A stretch of DNA of 15,720 nucleotides from assembly GCA_042217545.1 (NCBI GenBank), contig JBDGSM010000011.1, forward strand, positions 1-15,720. Direction: 5' to 3'. Below the pieces are notes generated by a model that saw nothing but the letters and a program-made list of their open reading frames with translations, was not told where the DNA came from and ran no database searches. The stretch comes from Candidatus Nanohalobium sp. GTDB taxonomy: Archaea > Nanohalarchaeota > Nanosalinia > Nanosalinales > Nanosalinaceae. Shown piece by piece: positions 14,082 to 15,720 of the stretch. A program made the translations under genes and the position numbers. Within the stretch, counting starts at the first letter, position 1; every line of letters begins with the position of its first letter.

Positions 14082-15720
14082 ACATCATGCCGCCCATCCC
14101 GCCCATGCCTCCTCCAGGCATTCCGCCGGAAGGTGGGCCTCCTGCCGCTCCACCAGCGTCTCCATCGCTGTCAAATCCTGACGCGGAGATAACGTCGTCG
14201 ATACGGAGGATCATCTCCGAGGCCTCTGAAGCGGACTGTACTGCCTGGGTCTTGATCTGCTTCGGCTCAACGACTCCTTTGTCGAAAAGCTTCTCGCTCT
14301 TGCCCGAGGTAACGTCGATGCCGCTCCAGACATCTCCTGAATCGTGCTTGTTCCTGAGATCTACCAGTGTGTCGATCGGATCGAAGCCTGCGTTTTCTGC
14401 GAGCGTTCTAGGAACTACTTCCAGTGCATCAGCGAATGCGTTTATAGCGAGCTGTTCTCTTCCACCGATGGAGTCGGCGTAGTCTCTGAGTTCCTGTGCA
14501 AGCTCTACTTCTGTTGCGCCTCCTCCGCCGACTACCTGTCCGTTTCTCAGTGCGGAGGATACGCCGCCGATAGCATCTTCCATAGCACGTTCGATCTCGT
14601 CCACAACATGTTCTGTCCCCCCTCTTACAAGGATGGAGACGGATTCAGCTTCCGGACAGTCCTGGACGAAAGTCATATTATTGCCTCCGACTGTTCTCTG
14701 CTCGACGCTTCCAGCGTTTCCCAGATCTGAGGCCTCTATGTCCTGGATGTTCGTTACGATGCTTGCTCCTGTAGCGTTGGAAAGCTTCTTGAGATCAGAG
14801 GTTGACACTCTTCTGATCGCGAGGATTCCCTTCTTCGCCAGGTAGTGCTGTGCCATGTCATCAATGCCTTTCTGGCAGAGGACTACATCGGCTCCAGCGT
14901 CATCCAAGGCCTGGACCATTTCTTTGAGTTGGGCTTCTTCCTGCTCAACAAAGTTCTTCATCTGTGTAGGATCTGAGATGTTGATCTCTGCATCGGTTTC
15001 AGTCTCCTTGACCTCTATAGGACTGTTCAGGAGTGCGATATCTGCATCAGAGACGTTGTCCGGCATGTCGCCGTGAACTTTCTCCTTGTCAAGGATGACC
15101 CCCTGCACAAGTTCCGTCTCCTCTACTGAACCGCCCTCACTCTTCTCCAGTTTGATAGCATCCCGGTCGATAACGATCTCGCCGCTTCTCTCCTCAGCTA
15201 CCTGATTCACTGCATCTACAGCGATCTCAGCAAGGTAATCCCGGGCTGATTCAGCCGATTTACCTGTCATAGCGGTCATGGCAACCTTCTGGAGCGTATC
15301 CAGGTCTTCAAGACTGACATCCTCGGAGATGTCGTCCAGAACTTCCGTGGACTTCTCCCTTGCCTTCCTGTAACCTTTCGTGATCACGGTTGGATGGATC
15401 TCCTGATCTAACAGGTCTTCCGCCTGTTTCAGTAGTTCTCCAGCCAGGACTACTGCTGTAGTTGTTCCATCGCCGACCTCTTCTTCCTGGGTCTGTGCAA
15501 CCTCCACCATCATCTGGGCTGCAGGATGCTGGAGATCCATCTCCTCAAGTATAGTTACACCGTCGTTCGTCACCACCAGATCGCCGACAGAATCGACCAT
15601 CATCTTGTCCATACCCTTCGGACCTAACGTGGTCCTGACGGCCTTAGCAACCGACTTACACGCATTAATATTGTTCTCCTGAGCATCTTCTCCGGTTTGA
15701 CGTTCCGCATCTTCCGACAT
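14080..15720 (-). CDS. ths: Thermosome (group II chaperonin) subunit, probably 5'-truncated at the window edge
   Basis: [53 protein letters not shown] and a GGM-repeat tail. The usual N-terminal QP-x-x-I segment would lie just outside the window. Alpha or beta identity cannot be resolved. Confidence 0.97.
   Translation of the reverse strand: MSEDAERQTGEDAQENNINACKSVAKAVRTTLGPKGMDKMMVDSVGDLVVTNDGVTILEEMDLQHPAAQMMVEVAQTQEEEVGDGTTTAVVLAGELLKQAEDLLDQEIHPTVITKGYRKAREKSTEVLDDISEDVSLEDLDTLQKVAMTAMTGKSAESARDYLAEIAVDAVNQVAEERSGEIVIDRDAIKLEKSEGGSVEETELVQGVILDKEKVHGDMPDNVSDADIALLNSPIEVKETETDAEINISDPTQMKNFVEQEEAQLKEMVQALDDAGADVVLCQKGIDDMAQHYLAKKGILAIRRVSTSDLKKLSNATGASIVTNIQDIEASDLGNAGSVEQRTVGGNNMTFVQDCPEAESVSILVRGGTEHVVDEIERAMEDAIGGVSSALRNGQVVGGGGATEVELAQELRDYADSIGGREQLAINAFADALEVVPRTLAENAGFDPIDTLVDLRNKHDSGDVWSGIDVTSGKSEKLFDKGVVEPKQIKTQAVQSASEASEMILRIDDVISASGFDSDGDAGGAAGGPPSGGMPGGGMGGMGGMM

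Noticed and set aside
14083..14160. GC-rich short tandem-like repeats
   Set aside because: They encode the ordinary Gly-Gly-Met tail of chaperonins.
144..15076. Numerous antisense and overlapping ORFs from the six-frame track (e.g. 1657-2115, 8559-9059, 9921-10382, 14087-14482)
   Set aside because: They lie opposite or within well-supported genes and lack motifs. Their Ser/Ile/Phe-rich composition is the expected mirror of Glu/Asp/Lys codons.
1..15720. Scarcity of CTAG (about 7 sites seen)
   Set aside because: CTAG avoidance is widespread in prokaryotes, including halophilic archaea, so it is not distinctive.

Overview
Compact archaeal chromosomal segment. The strongly Glu/Asp-rich cytoplasmic proteins, minimal spacers and TATA boxes about 25 nt before start codons suggest a salt-in DPANN organism, most likely Nanohaloarchaeota (inference). 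Housekeeping flanks: thioredoxin, an AK6/Fap7-type adenylate kinase, the small and large replication factor C subunits, and a 5'-truncated thermosome subunit. The centre (3194-13912, minus strand) is a 12-gene type IV pilus locus: a cytoplasmic coiled-coil protein, three pilins of the G|(I/V)TPV type, five pilin-like proteins with Gln at +1 (the last has a probable ConA-like/lectin domain), a PilB/FlaI-family ATPase and two TadC/PilC membrane proteins. No prepilin peptidase or archaellum motor genes are in the window. Main observations: (1) the exported pilus domains counted are net basic while cytoplasmic proteins are acidic; (2) two tandem pilins share an 86-bp constant 5' block with no synonymous differences, suggesting gene conversion; (3) the palindrome AGGCCT is about 10-fold over-represented; (4) the 3' regions of the thermosome and thioredoxin genes look structured. 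All counts were done by hand.
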